A stretch of 63,939 nucleotides of DNA, filler included, from Lenisia limosa (GCA_001655205.1; 10 parts of 10 records of this genome joined end to end with filler, not necessarily neighbours in it), one strand, 5' to 3'; shown: positions 1-14,200, counted from the first letter of the whole stretch. Program-made: numbers and translations. The notes: a model not told the origin generated them from the letters alone.

Positions 1-3000
1 CCACGATTCATCCTGCTCCCCCCGCTCATTCTTTCCCTAACATCCCTCTCATTCTTTATAACTCCCCAGGAAAAGCCTCAGCAGAGACGTTTTCGAGGGC
101 TGTGTGGAGGACTTCAACTCCAGGATCCAGGAAATCATAAAACTTCACGACAGTCACCCAAAGTGGGAAGGGCAACCTGTTTTGCGTGGGATGTGGTGCC
201 ATGTGTGTATTCCTCACTCTTCTTAAGTGCTACCTTGTTGTAGCAACTTTTTAGGAAGGGATATTCCAAGATCATATGAATGGGTCGTCAGCATGGATCT
301 TATAGTATAATACTAATCCACCCATCATTTGCGCGCCTTCCCATATCTTTTTTTTATGTTATCTGACGAAAAGACCTGTCTTAAAGCAACCCGCTAAACC
401 AAAATGAAAACTCGGAGTGTCAGGATTTTTCTTGGATTTGGTGTTCAGATTTTGGCATTTTTAATAAACAACTTAATTGGTTTCTGTTAGAATGCCGTAA
501 TGGATCTGATTTGGAGAGCTGCTTTAATGCTAATTTTCCAGGCAAAAGTTTGCGCGCTGCCTCTCCCAGGAAAAGGGCCATTTTAGACTTCCCAGTTACC
601 CTGGTGTATTTGCCCACTACGGTTAGTTGTTTCCCAGTCAGTTTCTTATGTCCAATTTTAGAGTTCGTGGGTGCTGTTTACGTGGCGATATTTGAGGCTT
701 CGGGGCCGACTGGAGGTGGCTATGCTGCACATGAGTGTGCTGCCTACTTGTGCAGGTATGAGACAGCGTCTTTTGTTTTGCCATGATCTACTGATTTTTC
801 TCAGTGTTGTGAACGGTTTTCCCCATTTCATATGATATCAAGTGTAAAAATAAACTATCAACAGGTTTGATTATGGGTGTTTTGTTTCAATACCCCCCCC
901 CCTCACTATTTTTACCGAAATTTCCTTAGTTTCCGTGTTACCCCCTCCCCCCCAGGTATCTGAATACGCTTTGTAAAGGACATCCACCAAGTAGAAAGTT
1001 CTTCATAAAGCACAAATGTTGGTTGCTGCAATAAAAGCCAGCTTTGGTTATCAATATGCCCGAGTTTTGTTTTTAACTGCTTTGTTTCACCTCATCTCTT
1101 CAGCGAAGAGATTAAGAGCCCTTTCGACATTTAATTTAACCACCTTCAATGGAGTGGTAGGAGGGAAGGCTTTGTGCCTCCTTCATNNNNNNNNNNNNNN
1201 NNNNNNNNNNNNNNNNNNNNNNNNNNNNNNNNNNNNNNNNNNNNNNNNNNNNNNNNNNNNNNNNNNNNNNNNNNNNNNNNNNNNNNNNTATTCTTATCTA
1301 ATCAACGTGGCCATAACCGAAGTAGCCGACAAATGAAGAGCAGTCCCTGGAACATTCGGAGGAAAATCAGGATCTCGTTGCTTCAGACCAGTAGGTGGGG
1401 GTCAAAGGTTCAACAGATTTTTTGACAAGAAAATACATTATAATCAAAAGGTCAGAATATTTGATCAATCCTTGATAATTATTGATATTTTCCGTTTCGT
1501 TCTCGAGCAGAATGAAGCTCTTGGAATGGGCCTACTTCTTCTAAGTTTACTGACTATACACATATTGGTACTTTCTTCTTGTTCTGACCACGACTGATGA
1601 TATTCAGGAAGTTGGCGAAGAATTGGAACGCAGGGCAGCAAATCAGCTCCGTTCGGGGCCAGTTGACGTCAGGGTTGGCTATAGTAGTCAAATAGACCAG
1701 ATTATTATATTGTGGATGATTTGAGGGTGTGTTTCATCTTTCCACACTATTTGCTTAAATTTCAAATTTTTCAACCTAATCCCCGAAGAACATTTACGCC
1801 AATGTCGATGACGCCGATTATCCCCGAGGAAGCCCCTATTCGGCCTTCAAGAACGCCGTCCCCGCCGCCAGCCGTTAACCAGGTCTGAGTGACTAAAATC
1901 ATACAACATGGGAAATACATGTAATATTATGATATATTTATGTGTCGTTAACCAGGTCTGAGTGACTAGTTTTCTACAGAACATCATCATGGTAGCTACC
2001 AGGTGTTACTATATTTTTTGAATCGTTGTTGAAATACTGGAAGCGTTGTAACCGTAAATTTCATGAACAGGAACATTTGGCGCCCATCACGGTTGCAGGT
2101 TCCTATTGAAGCCCTTTCAATTGCTCATAAGTCTCCTGCTCCACCTGCCCCCACCACCCTTACAGCCCCCTCATCGCCACCACAAATTAGACGGCTTCTG
2201 CCCCAACCCCCGCAGAAACAGGTTTGATTCGTAATCCATTTTAAGAACAAGGGAATGCGTAAAATTAATCTAGGAATACAAATTATTAATACCAAACTAC
2301 CCAACCAAAACACATTTGCGATTTCCTAAGCCTTGTACTGTATCTTATATGATCTAGATTTTTTATGCATGTATTATACCGGCTTCATGTTGATAACAGT
2401 TCAATCGGAATCGTCCTGCGGATGTCAAAATAACATAACTCCTATTTCATTTGGTTCTAGTTTACTGTCATGCGTGATTTTTGTAGTTGCATCCTGAACC
2501 ATACCAGCCACCCCCAAGCCAGCTCATCCCACAGATTATCCCATCTCCACGATCACCAGCTTCGCCAAGGTAGGGTTTGCTTAATGGTATTCCAGGGCTT
2601 GTTATCACATGAGTTGCAGTAATAATTAGAAGAAATGCAGGTGTAAGAACAGGGAAATTTCAAATGAACAAATCTAGCGCTCTTGTTTAACATGTTCGTC
2701 GTCCTCCCCCCCCCCCCNNNNNNNNNNNNNNNNNNNNNNNNNNNNNNNNNNNNNNNNNNNNNNNNNNNNNNNNNNNNNNNNNNNNNNNNNNNACTCCAAG
2801 CCCCGAGTATTACTGAAAAAGTGAGCATCATGTATCATGCAGTAGTATGTTAGATCATAAGATTGAGGGTTTCACTAGATCTATTCCTCATACATATTGA
2901 GATTATTGGCAGAATATACTGTAAAACCCACCCATCTGAGTTTGCAATGCAATCCTCAGTCATGTTTTTTCAATGCAAAGTTGGAGGAAATGCAAAATTC

Positions 3001-3199
3001 CTACTATAATTGGTACACCTAAATATGCGTCTAATTTGTTTTCAACAAAAAAGTGTTAATAGTGGTATTTTTATTAACATAATTTTCAAAATAAAAGGTT
3101 AATTTTCGCAATTTCAGGTGTTAATTTTTTAACAAAAATGCCTCAATTTTAGACAAGCCCCAAATATCAGGCACAGGTTATTTTATTTTACCCCTGAAG

Positions 3200-5300
3200 G
3201 TCTCATCACCTGCGGACTATGACCTTGTTATTGAGGTGCTGGAAACGGTTCATGTTCTTTCCAAACCCGAAGAAACTAAAATCGCCTTAAATGGTAAGGG
3301 AGGGGACCACATCACCCAACACGTGACGTATGATGTTGTATTCTGTCCAATTTAGCTGTGATCTTTGCTTAACGTATCAGGTGAAATTCGACTTGCCCTC
3401 CGAGCGAAAAATGGTGTACCATCAACGCAGGCCCTGGATACTCCACTTGCGTTATCCGGAAATGCTGATCTGTTATTGTCATGCTTTGTTAATAAGGTGT
3501 GTTTGTTTATTGTCCTCTTATTCGATTAACCCAGCAGGACCTTGCTCCCAACCCTTCTTCTCTCAAGCTGCCATTTACCATTCCACTCAAAATGCCTGTT
3601 ACTGGAATGCGAACATCGGCCGTGAAATACAAGGTTTGCCTTTTGTCATGGATATCTGTGTTGCATAATTGTTATGGCTTCAGTCGGATATAACCTTGTT
3701 TTTCTCATTTCTTCGTAAGCATTTTTGGAAGGCCAATTTGGATGAATAATATTACTTGAATTGATGGAGGATTGGCTTGTTTTGTTTGAGTTTCAGAATT
3801 ACTGACACCCAAATTGTGATAGGAAAAGGTTATGATGTGTTCAGAGTGGTTTTTACTTCAATGTTTTCTAAGAATCTGTTGCACTCCCTCCTGCTTTTAT
3901 ATTTCCTCAAATTGGGTTTGTACAATTATCTAACTCTTCTTCAGACATCACCAACCCAAGCAGACCTCCCTTTCTGGGTAACTTTAATGCACCAGAAAGA
4001 TGTGGACTGCATTGTCCTTGATTTGATCATTGAGAAAGGTGAGTAGTCATTAGGCTTACGCTCTCCATTTTTTTTTTATTGTTTGCATTCAGTGTGACTG
4101 AATTTGAATGTCCTATCGCATCTTTGCAAATTGTGATAGACAATACAGTGTGAAAGAGCTGATATATATAATTATATGCATAAGTATCTATAAGTTACTC
4201 ATGCAGAAAACAGTGCACATATTCAAAGCAAATGATTGGGTGAATTTATTGCATTCTATAATATCCCATAGTGTGATGGTCTGTGGTCGGCTTCGACCAG
4301 ATATTCCCTTATTTTATGTCATTAATACACATCAGATACTCACTTAGGTCGAAGATTAAACAGTTTTTCCAGTTTCTCCATCACAGTATTTTCTCTCCAA
4401 TTTACGCGTTACAGGCCAAGCCAATTCCTCGGCTATGATTGTTGTCGATGTTCCTGGGGCTACGCATATCGAGGCAATTGACGGAGCGGTGAGGGTGGTT
4501 CGCCAGTATTAATGATATGATAGTTTGTAAATTGATATGCTTTCACTAGAGATATCGTTGTGTGAAAAACTTCAGTCTATACTTCGTTACTGTTCATTTT
4601 TAATGGATTTTGAAGAATATATCACATATTATACCATAAATAGCTCGTGTCTTAGTTGAGATTTACTGTGGTAAAAATGATCAAACATAATCTGTTGACG
4701 TTAATTGCTTAACAAACATTCACCTGGGATAAGTCTTGCTTGACTTATTTTCCTTGGGAAATCGTATAGCGAATAGGTCAAGACTTATCCCGGTCCCTGT
4801 ATATACTTCAATCAATTTCGTTTATTTTCGTGATGGTGGAGCTTCGTCTCGAGTCTTCCTTTGGCATTTCTCACTTCGATACCTAGACCCCACAACACTC
4901 TGTAGCTCATGGCAAATTGGCCTTCAAATTGGCTTCTCCTCTCTCAGGCGGTAGGCGATCGGTATTTTAATATCTAGATTACCGATGATCATTATCAGAG
5001 GCATTATCATCATCATAACCACCTCCACCACCACCACCATCATCTTCATCGTTATCGTCGTCATCTTCTCCTTCATAATCCCATCATCTTCATCCCATCA
5101 TCTTCGTCTTCAAAGACTTTACCATTGTGACATGACAGAGTCGCACTCTTGCAAGGTCTTTGGAGGTACAGTTGGGCAGGCTACCGTGACTCTGAACCTC
5201 CAAAAACCCGCTTCCGGCCTATTTGCAGAAGTGAACAAGTCAGCAACTTTTGAACCACCTATAGATTTGAGAAATCTTACATTTGCCTTTACTATTACAT
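3200..5300 (+). CDS. Multi-exon gene, possible mu-homology-domain (adaptor mu/muniscin-like) protein; boundaries approximate
   Basis: GT-AG exons read VSSPADYDLVIEVLETVHVLSKPEETKIALN-GEIRLALRAK, DLAPNPSSLKLPFTIPLK and QKPASGLFAEV. These resemble the MHD patterns 'DviE.vn....GeI.l' and 'SGl.V'. Confidence 0.33.
4719..4799. mobile_element. Tc1-type MITE (family T) copy
   Basis: Hairpin GGATAAGTCTTG...CAAGACTTATCCCGGTCCCTG followed by TA. Confidence 0.7.
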
Positions 5301-5981
5301 CAAAAATAGCATTTTGCACGTTTACTTACGTATTATTATCCCCCCCCCCCCCNNNNNNNNNNNNNNNNNNNNNNNNNNNNNNNNNNNNNNNNNNNNNNNN
5401 NNNNNNNNNNNNNNNNNNNNNNNNNNNNNNNNNNNNNNNNNNNNNNNNNNNNNNNNNTTGCAACGTGATTTTGAAAACAATTACCGAATCTGGCGTATGG
5501 CAAGTAACACCTCTTGAGATGATGTAGCAATACGCGTCTCTTATTTATCCACATGTATAGTTGTGCATTGTGTTGTCTTTTTGTTTGTTTGGGTGATGCC
5601 CAGATACAGTTTCTTTATCAAGGCGAAACGACAGCAAATAATATTGATGTGATGCAATACTGGAATTAAGGGTGAAAATGTGTTTTTGTTTTGTTTTAGC
5701 TTTTTGGTTTTTGCAAGCTTTTTGACAGATTTAATCTTTGAATTGGCTGTGAATCGGCGCATCCGCGGCGCATTTAACACATAATCACTCAACCATGGGT
5801 TCAAAGGAAGGTGGGGAGATCACCATGATCTATTCCCTTTTTCCAAAACTTCCACCACTTCCACCCAGCTTCCTCCGTTCCCACTGCCTATTTCAATTAA
5901 TATCATTCTTGGTTTGGTGTGATCTCTGGTGGTGTGAAGTGGGCAGAAAAGCCTCAAAACGGCCCCAACCACACGAACAAC

Positions 5982-6542
5982 ATGAGTCCAAAGCCATCTG
6001 TGCCGATCGAATGGATTCCTTTTGCTGAAACGTTTGAAGAGCTGCCAAATGGAAAAGTGAGGGGTGATCACTGTTCTGGAATTCTTGATGATAGCGTTCC
6101 TTATTCCTTGCAAACGATCTCTACACATCTCAAGGTTTCTTTTTGATTGTTGTTTTTGCTGTGCCCGATACGTCTTTAATACCACAATATCATTTTAACC
6201 TCTGAATAGCTCAAGGCTTTAAACTCTTCATATATAAAACGGACAGTCCTACTTTTATGACGATACAGCAATGCTATTCAATACTAAGATTAAGTGGTCG
6301 CTTTTCATTGAGGTTATGTCTTTTCGCATTCGAAAGCCAATATGCTCCTATTGCATTCCAACATACCAAGAGACTACACAGCATAAAACGGCGGAATTTT
6401 TGAAATGCTACTCCTCTCAGATGAACATCCAGCCCAAGTTTACCCATGACCCTCCAGATGAGATGCCAGCTGACTGGGCATGAGACCACAAAAGTCAAGG
6501 AGTACATTGAAGGTCCAAAGTTTCGCCGCGAGGTTGCTGGGG
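5982..6542 (+). CDS. Spliced gene fragment, possibly SURF2-like
   Basis: FEELPNGKVR...SLQTISTHLK and MRCQLTGHETTKVKEYIEGPKFRR resemble SURF2 'KVRC.LTGHE...GKKY'. Exon phases not fully resolved. Confidence 0.28.
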
Positions 6543-7499
6543 GGTATATTTGAGGAATAGGTAACTTGTTTTATTTCCCTGTGTTTATTGCTTCACTTTC
6601 AATGGTGACCTCCGTATTAGAATTTCATAAATTTTCCAATTTTACCTCCCCCCCTCTATTATTGTCAAACCCGATGCCATTTACCCGAACAGGTGGATTG
6701 GCTCTACCTGCAAGCAGACGACCTTTCTCCCTTCATCATTCCATCTAATCAAAAGTTTGTGGCAGGACTTTTGTTGTGTTGTGTTTAGTGGGAAGGGGTG
6801 ATAAGGTTTCGCTTTTGTAATACAATATTGGTCTTGAAAATGGCTTAGAACATTGATTAAAATGGCAGCATTGAGAACAACGCTTCCAATATGAATCCCA
6901 TTAAGTAATTAATATGTCACTATTGAAAATATCTCTTTATGTGGTAGTTAGTGTGCACGGCTTCAGCTTGATAAACCTTTTTATTTCTCATTTCTACCCC
7001 TTACGTTATTATTTATACTCGTTATTCTGGAGAAGCACAAGTGTAAATGTATTCAGTTGAACCCATTGTTTACTCACTGATTATTTGCTCACAAATCAGG
7101 AGTCATGTTTATTGCCCTTTGACCCACACTCGATTGAACGCAATTTCCAGCGAGGTGGGCCTTTGTGCTTTCTTCATTTACATACATACATCACTTAGCA
7201 AGTTCGGTTTGGGTTTCATTTGTGTCATAACCCCGAGTGAGGGAATGAGTGTTGCAGAAGTGACTGGCCTGGGCTTTGTTTGGTGTTGTCAGAGTTGATT
7301 TTGGGCTTTCTTTTTGATTCAAAAATATTCTAAATTTAGTCCTCTCCGGGGTTTTCCCTCTTAAGTTTGCCTTTTTTTTCAACAGTTTTACAAGCCGTGC
7401 TAATTCATTATCAATAAACTTCAAAGATTTTCTCATTAGGAGAGGAGACAGAAGGTGAAGGTGAAGCGGTAGTTTGAGGGGTAGGAGGAGAAGGGGAGG

Positions 7500-8412
7500 C
7501 AACTTGGGAAGGCTAGATGATTACTGAATAATAGAAGAAGAAGCCGATGGAGCAGAAAAGATGGGGGCATTTGAAGAAGTGGGTGGGGGATGGACACCAA
7601 AAGGTTGATAATGAACCTGTTGGGAAGCTCCAACCACGTAAACATAAACCACCTCTGGCTTCATTCTCGGATAATCCTGTTTTCATGAAGTCATTACGAA
7701 TAATCTCATACATGGCTCTGGTTCGAAGTATACTCCCAAATGGCCATTCAAAAAGAGCACGGTGGGTGTTCTTGACGTTTGCCTTCGTGCTCGGATAATT
7801 GGCCAATAGCCCTAACCGGGCACAAATCCCGTTTCTTTGTAAAGGCTGAAACGAAGGAAATGCCATTCTTCTTTCTCGAAACAGACTCCAATGGTGGACC
7901 TCTTTCCCAAGCCTTGCAGTTAGGAGGGAGGAAATCTCCCATCCTTGCCACTCCAAAGAAAGCAGCCAAATACACTACTCTTATCAAGATGTTCACCTCA
8001 TCGGTCGCAGGTCTTGTTTTAATAAGGGCTTTAAACAGTGGAATATTCATGTGACGAGGCTGTTTGTTCTCATGAGTCTTTCTTAGCTCTTGCTGGAGGT
8101 TCTTGACCATTGAAGTTGGACCGAAACGGTTCTTTGTTGGATGCTCTTCTTGTCCATTCTCAAGAGCGTATCTCGTCAAAGATGAAACATATCCAGCGAT
8201 AGTTTGAGGGCTCTTGGTCGTTGTAGAGACTTCTATCCAGAGCTCAATCTCGGAGTATTAGGTTTCTGAATAAGGTCCTTATCTCATTATATCCCAGGGT
8301 CGAACAGACATCTTTATACATCCTGACGGCAGTTCCATATGTCTTTTTGGTGGTTTGTCGAACACCCATGAGTTTGATTTACTGGCGTCTCTGTTCCAAT
8401 TTGTCGGCATAG
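7500..8412 (-). mobile_element. Degenerate tyrosine recombinase of a DIRS-like element
   Basis: N-terminal TTKKTYGTAVRMY, then LAAFFGVARMGDFL and DLCPVRAI. The C-terminal RALFEWPFGSILRTRAMYEIIRNDFMKTGLSENE matches the YR at 17060-17250. Stops and frameshifts present. Confidence 0.8.
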
Positions 8413-9819
8413 TAAGTCGTGGACTAAAGTTTTCTTTTTGTTTCCGATGCAACTAAACCATTTTTAATTTCAAAAACGGCATTTTGTAGCTGATATACCC
8501 CGTTTTATGATTCTGTAAAAAAACTGGGTGAAAAAAAGTTAAGTTCAATGTAAAAACATTAAAAATGCCGACGGCACACGAAAAAACGACCTCTTTTTGG
8601 CCATGTAATCACTATATTGATTGAAAAAACATTCATAAGTATTTGGTGGGACCTCCACGAGCCTTGATAACGGCTTCTACACGTCTTGGCATTGAATCAA
8701 TAAGAAGACATAACTCTTTTTTGGTGATCCGAGCACATGCAGAGCGGAGACATGTCATCATTGCGGTGCATTATCTTGCTGGAAAACAGCTTCATCAAGC
8801 TTCAGACCAGTAATGAGTGAATTTCTAACATGTGGAACAAGAATTGTACGGTGATAGTCAATAGCCTTGAACCTTCCATTCATTTTTATACGGCACTCCA
8901 ACTCCTTTTGGGCCAATAGCACCCCAAATCATAACAGAGCTACCACCATGCTTAAAAGTAGGGACAATATGCTTCAACATCAGAGCATTTTCTGCACCAC
9001 GATTACGGACGACAAGTCGCGCTTTGTTGGCTCGGAAGAGTTGGAATTTGGACTCATTTGACCAGCAAATCTTATGCCAGTCACTGAGTGTCCAATGACG
9101 ACGCGCAAGACACCAAGCAAGTTTGTGTTCGCGGTTCTTGGTGTTAATGAGAGGCTTCTTGCGTGCTTTGAAGATGCAATAGCCACTTTCCTTCAGACGT
9201 TTGAGAATAACATCAACTCTGACATCAATCCCACGTTTGGCAAGTCTTCCTTGGTGGTGCTTGATGGGTGTCATAGGCTTCTTAAGGACAGTTAAGACGA
9301 TAACAGCGTCGTCATCCTTGGTAGTAGACCTTGGTCGACCTGGAATTGGCTTGCTAATGATACTTTCGCCTTTTTTCAGCTTGTTGACCCATCTCCAGAT
9401 GTGGTCTTAGGCACTTCTGCACCACTACGCTGGATAATAGCGACATTACTCAAACTATCATTGTACATCTGCAGAACTCTGCCTTGAAGTAAATATTTTT
9501 CTGACAAAATCATTATTAATTTATAAAAGGCTCTAAAAAATGTTTTCCACTCATAAGAATAGCATTTTTTTTTCATTAATATACAAAAAAGTGAGTATTA
9601 GAAAGTGCAGTTAGAATTTTAATAAACTTCATAGTAAAAAGAGGTCGTTTTTTCGTGTGCCGTCGCATTTTTAATTTTTTTTATATTGAACTGCCAGTTT
9701 TTTACAGAATCATAAAACGGGGTATAACAGCTACAAAATGCCGTTTTTGAAATTAAAAAGGTTTAAGTTGCTTCGGAAACAAAAAGAAAACTTTAGTCCA
9801 CGACTTATCCGTTTGACTG
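8413..9819 (-). mobile_element. Defective Tc1/mariner DNA transposon with ~190-bp terminal inverted repeats
   Basis: 8413-~8600 is the inverted copy of ~9635-9819. The right end reads ...CGACTTATCCGTTTGACTG|TA. The left end lacks the outer ~12 bp. Confidence 0.9.
8633..9420 (-). pseudogene. Tc1 transposase pseudogene
   Basis: GRPRSTT, WSNESKF (catalytic D changed to N), KHGGSSVMIWG, FQQDNAP and SMPRRVEAVIKARGGPTKY. Frameshifts; SPDLNPIE segment missing. Confidence 0.9.
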
Positions 9820-9821
9820 TA

Positions 9822-10083
9822 TTAAGCATGAATTTTCAACTCACTCACCAGAGATTCTCGGGATCCTCTCTTAAGAAGGAGAGGAACTTCTTCAACCTCT
9901 TTGAGATCATCATCGTCATCGTCAAAGTCAGTGGTAGCCTTCTCCTCAGCCTCAGGTGCAGCAGCCTTCTTATTCTGGGTCTTCTGGGTCTTCTTGTTCT
10001 TCTTGGTCTTGGCAGCAGGCTACGGTTATGGGGCCGTGGATGGTGAGCGGGCGGGCACGCTTGTTACGTCTTGTTGACACCAT
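9822..10083 (-). mobile_element. 5' basic/acidic (gag-like) head of the DIRS-like element interrupted by the Tc1
   Basis: MVSTRRNKRARP...KTKKNKKTQK...DDDDDLKEVEE parallels MVNTRRNKH at 15601. Both ATGs are preceded by TTTTGAGCTA. One frameshift. Confidence 0.65.
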
Positions 10084-11259
10084 GATAGCTCAAAAGTTTG
10101 ACGATAGAGGTTCTTAAAGTGAATGTATAAGTATAAATCAAAACAGGGTGACTTGGATAGTCCGTGAATTCTTTTTCTTTCGAAATAAGGGTAATCCTTA
10201 TTCCTTATTATTTTGTTATTTCTGAAATAACACCGTTGTTAAACACACTTCTGAATTTATAACTTTATTTTATTTTTTTAACTAGAGACGCTGCCACCCC
10301 CTTTTTAGATAAGCCCCAATGTCAGTTTGACCAAAATTAGATAATTGTACATGGGTAATCAGTAATTAAAAATAATCACGGACCTGCTTCAAGACACTGA
10401 TATTCTTAGAAAGCTTGGCAAGTTTCACACCATCAGCACTGGTGAATTGAATTACGCTTTGTACTTCAAATCCTTGGTTATAGAGGAAACAAAAACCGTT
10501 TTTAAGAGCAGTGCAAGACTCAAAAAAAAAACATCAATAGGAAAATTAGAGGAGTTGAAGTGTAATCAGTGAATACCAGTACAATCTGAGATGCAACATT
10601 GAAGAAGCTATTGCGGGGGTTGTAGAGGGAAAAGATGAACTCGATACAAACACGCAAAAATCTCGCTTGCTTAGCAGCATTATTTTGAATCGTTTTTATT
10701 CTGCAATTATATTTTTGAATAATTACACAACCACTTGAACTTTCTTTGTTGATGTGTAAGCTCACCTGATTTATTAGTATGGATTAAATAAAATTATTAA
10801 CGTACGCAAATGATAGTATGCTTCCCTTCAATTTGTACTCTTCATTTTTCGAAATATGTATCACATACATGTACTATTTGATGTTCTCCTCTACTTCCAA
10901 AACCCCCATTTTGTCGTTTCACATTTCAGATAGCAGTTCACGCCATGGGGAAACAGTTTCAGCGATGCCTGATGGGAAGTCTTGAACAGGGTTTCCAGAA
11001 CACGTTGGCTGAATTCGGGATCAGAAGGTGACCCCCCCCCTCCTCCATCATCTCCCTCCATCCACTACTTAAGAACCCTCAAGCCAGTTTTATGGATCCT
11101 CTGGGCATACTGAGCTGATTTAACTGTTATTTATGTTTTTTTTGTGAATAAAATTCCACAACCTTTTTCAAAAAGAGATATAATAAATAATATTATCATA
11201 CTTATCATACATATAATTAGCATCAGTAGAGTGATAGACTAAGTCATGGCGATGACATG

Positions 11260-14200
11260 TTTTGACGTTGCCAGAGCTGAAGAAAACACCCCACTCATTC
11301 CAGTGACTTCAGTAAGCTACAGCATGAGTTGTCGAAAGCTTTCAAAACGAAGGGATCACGAAATAAAATACAGAGTTATCAAAAAACCTTGATACAACCG
11401 AATAGACAACAATATGATATTTGTTTCACCGCCAAGCGCAAATAATCTCAGCCCACCTTATTATCCTCGGACGAAGATGATCTGCAAAGCTGGTCACCAC
11501 TGCCGACAACCATGATTGAAGGGCAACCTGGGGGGGGGAGGATAAGGTGGTTTTTATGCAAAAAGGGCCTACTTCCGTAAAAGGCAAATCCATTCAAAGT
11601 GGAAGAGATCTAAAGGATCAGGTTCAATGTGAACAGCATCTCTATCCCTGATTTTGTTTAATTTATGTTCCGTTTCATGGCCGCGTACAGACCGACCTGT
11701 TTTTGCGTACCTTGTAAAATTTCCAGCACCCCTTATCTTCAAAAGTCATAAGTGCACCAACTTCATACCCTTTCCCTCTTGGTGCCAGTAGGGCAACCGC
11801 TATTGATGGACGCTGTCACTTCAGTCTAAATGTCAGAATGCGGAAAAAACAAGTCTGCATGTCAAATAATGAAGCCAAAACAGGTTAGTATTTTGTCAAA
11901 TAAGGAAGGCAAAACAGGTCATAAAAATAAAACTCATCATAAAGAATAAATTTACAGTGGCTATGGTATAAGTCTTGACCACCAGAAGAATCAGGAAGAT
12001 TACAGTCAAATTGGTCAAGACTCCTCCACCATCTGTATGCATATTTTTCTAGATGATACCTTCACCCACTGGAGTGCTAGTCGCAGCTTGAGTTGTTCCA
12101 TCATAGTTGTAAGTTGTGTCTGAACAGAGGAAAATCCTCCCCTCGCCTAAAGAGTGATCTTCAAAACTACAAAATGATATGAACTCATTATTCATCTATT
12201 TTTTTCAAAACACAGTTCTGTTATATTGATTATATGATTAAAATTTTATCATACAACATTCACTCAGAAAATTTAAAAAAACTCCACTTGGCGTCCCTCT
12301 CAAGAAATCCACTTCCCCCTACTTGTCAGGAAAACGCTTTGAGAGTATTTGATGTAGAAATCAACAATCTTGCCTGTCAGTCCTGTGACACCGCTATCAA
12401 TCTGCGAGATGATGGGCTATAATAATCTGTTCTCCTTTGAGGACGTTATCAATATTTACGATAACATTTTTCTTTAAAGCCTTTGACGTATGCAATTCTA
12501 ACTCTCTGGCACCTCCTGAATCTGTGACATAAGACGGATTTAGGAGGNNNNNNNNNNNNNNNNNNNNNNNNNNNNNNNNNNNNNNNNNNNNNNNNNNNNN
12601 NNNNNNNNNNNNNNNNNNNNNNNNNNNNNNNNNNNNNNNNNNNNNNNNNNNGGTATGAAGGAGCTCAATTTTGGGTTTATTCAATGTGACAAAAAATTGC
12701 TCTTTACGCAAACACATCAAATATTGATTTGTTGACAACTCTTCGATGGAGATAATGGGCTAACAGTAGTGGACAATATAGATGTTCAATGGTTATTCAA
12801 AAACCAGGTTGTTTTTTTAAAAAAACTATGTAATACAATAATAGATTGTACAGCTTTAGAACACTGAATTCTTAGTTTGTTTCAAATGCAGTCCAACAAT
12901 TCACGGAAATCTCCCCCACCCTACCTGCTGGAATCCAGTATTGGCAGCAGCAAGGCAGAAGTGACGGAATTTGGAGTAGTTTGACCTGGCAAAAGCGTTT
13001 CCTTCTTCTATATGGGGTCAAAATGGAGCGATATCTCACATAATACATCAAGTGATCGTATTTTGCCTTTCCCACAGTGATCACCATTACCCACCTGTGA
13101 TCACCATTGCGCCATCGTGATGAGGGTGGTACTTTTTGAGGGTACCCAACTGTATTAATGTGAGGATGGCATGTTCAACATATCGTAACACACTATACTC
13201 CACTAAAATACACTTTGAGCTGCAGATAGAAAGAATATCTATCCCAGATAACAAGTAGGCTATGGTACACAGAATAAAGTCACCCAGAGAAAGTAAAATG
13301 GTTGAAAATCAACAGCTGGTATACATATCGATGTATTCTGAAAAAACGTCCCACTTACAACCCCAGAGCTATTAGGCACCCCTGTGTAACTGTTAACAGC
13401 GGGAGTGGTGAGGGCAAGGTAAGGACTGTAACCTCCAGACTGCCAAGTCCCATCAACTATTGGAGTAAAATTGATGAAACAAAAAAAGCTCAAAATCACC
13501 TCTATTAGATTAACATTTGACAAAAACACGAGGGTTAAAAAACAACAAAAAAGCCCAGTCAGTGTCTTCTAATATGAGCTAGAATAATGTGGGAAACAGA
13601 CCGATATTACCATTGATGTAGGGAAAAGGGATAACTGAGATAGAGGTAACTAATCAGCGAGAAGAAAACAGTCAATATTGTTTTATAAAAAAATAGAAAA
13701 TTAATAATAAACCTTTTTTGTAGACTGTCGCATAATCACCAGCAAAGACAGCTTGTATTGGATCATTTGAAATCTGTGGGAGTCATATTTCCAAAAGAAA
13801 AAAAAGGTCAGTAGTAACTGATAGAGGAGAAATCTATCCACAACATCACGTTACTAATACCTTGTGGTCCAATATTCACAAAAAATCAACAAATCCTCGA
13901 TGAAGAGAGTTTACCCACCAATGTGGGGGTTCCAACAGTCGTTCCTGCTGAGTGGCAAAGCTGGCCGTACGCGTTGTAGCCCCAGGTATATAACCTGGAG
14001 TTTGCTGGGGGGGGGGGAGTAAAATGGGGAATTTGGAGGAGTTTGTTTGGAGTACAGGGCTATCGAATGATTATGAACGGAGTTTTGGGCAATTTCTTGT
14101 ATTTCAAGATAGCATAAAATACAAAAAAAAAAAATATGGAAGAGCCAAACAGGAATACAATGTGAAGTTCCCACCTATGACAGCGTAAAAGTAATTTCCA

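Noticed and set aside
2703-2792. Poly-C/poly-G abutting many N gaps as functional G-quadruplex boundaries
   Set aside because: Best explained by sequencing or assembly failure at homopolymers. ORFs spanning N runs were ignored.
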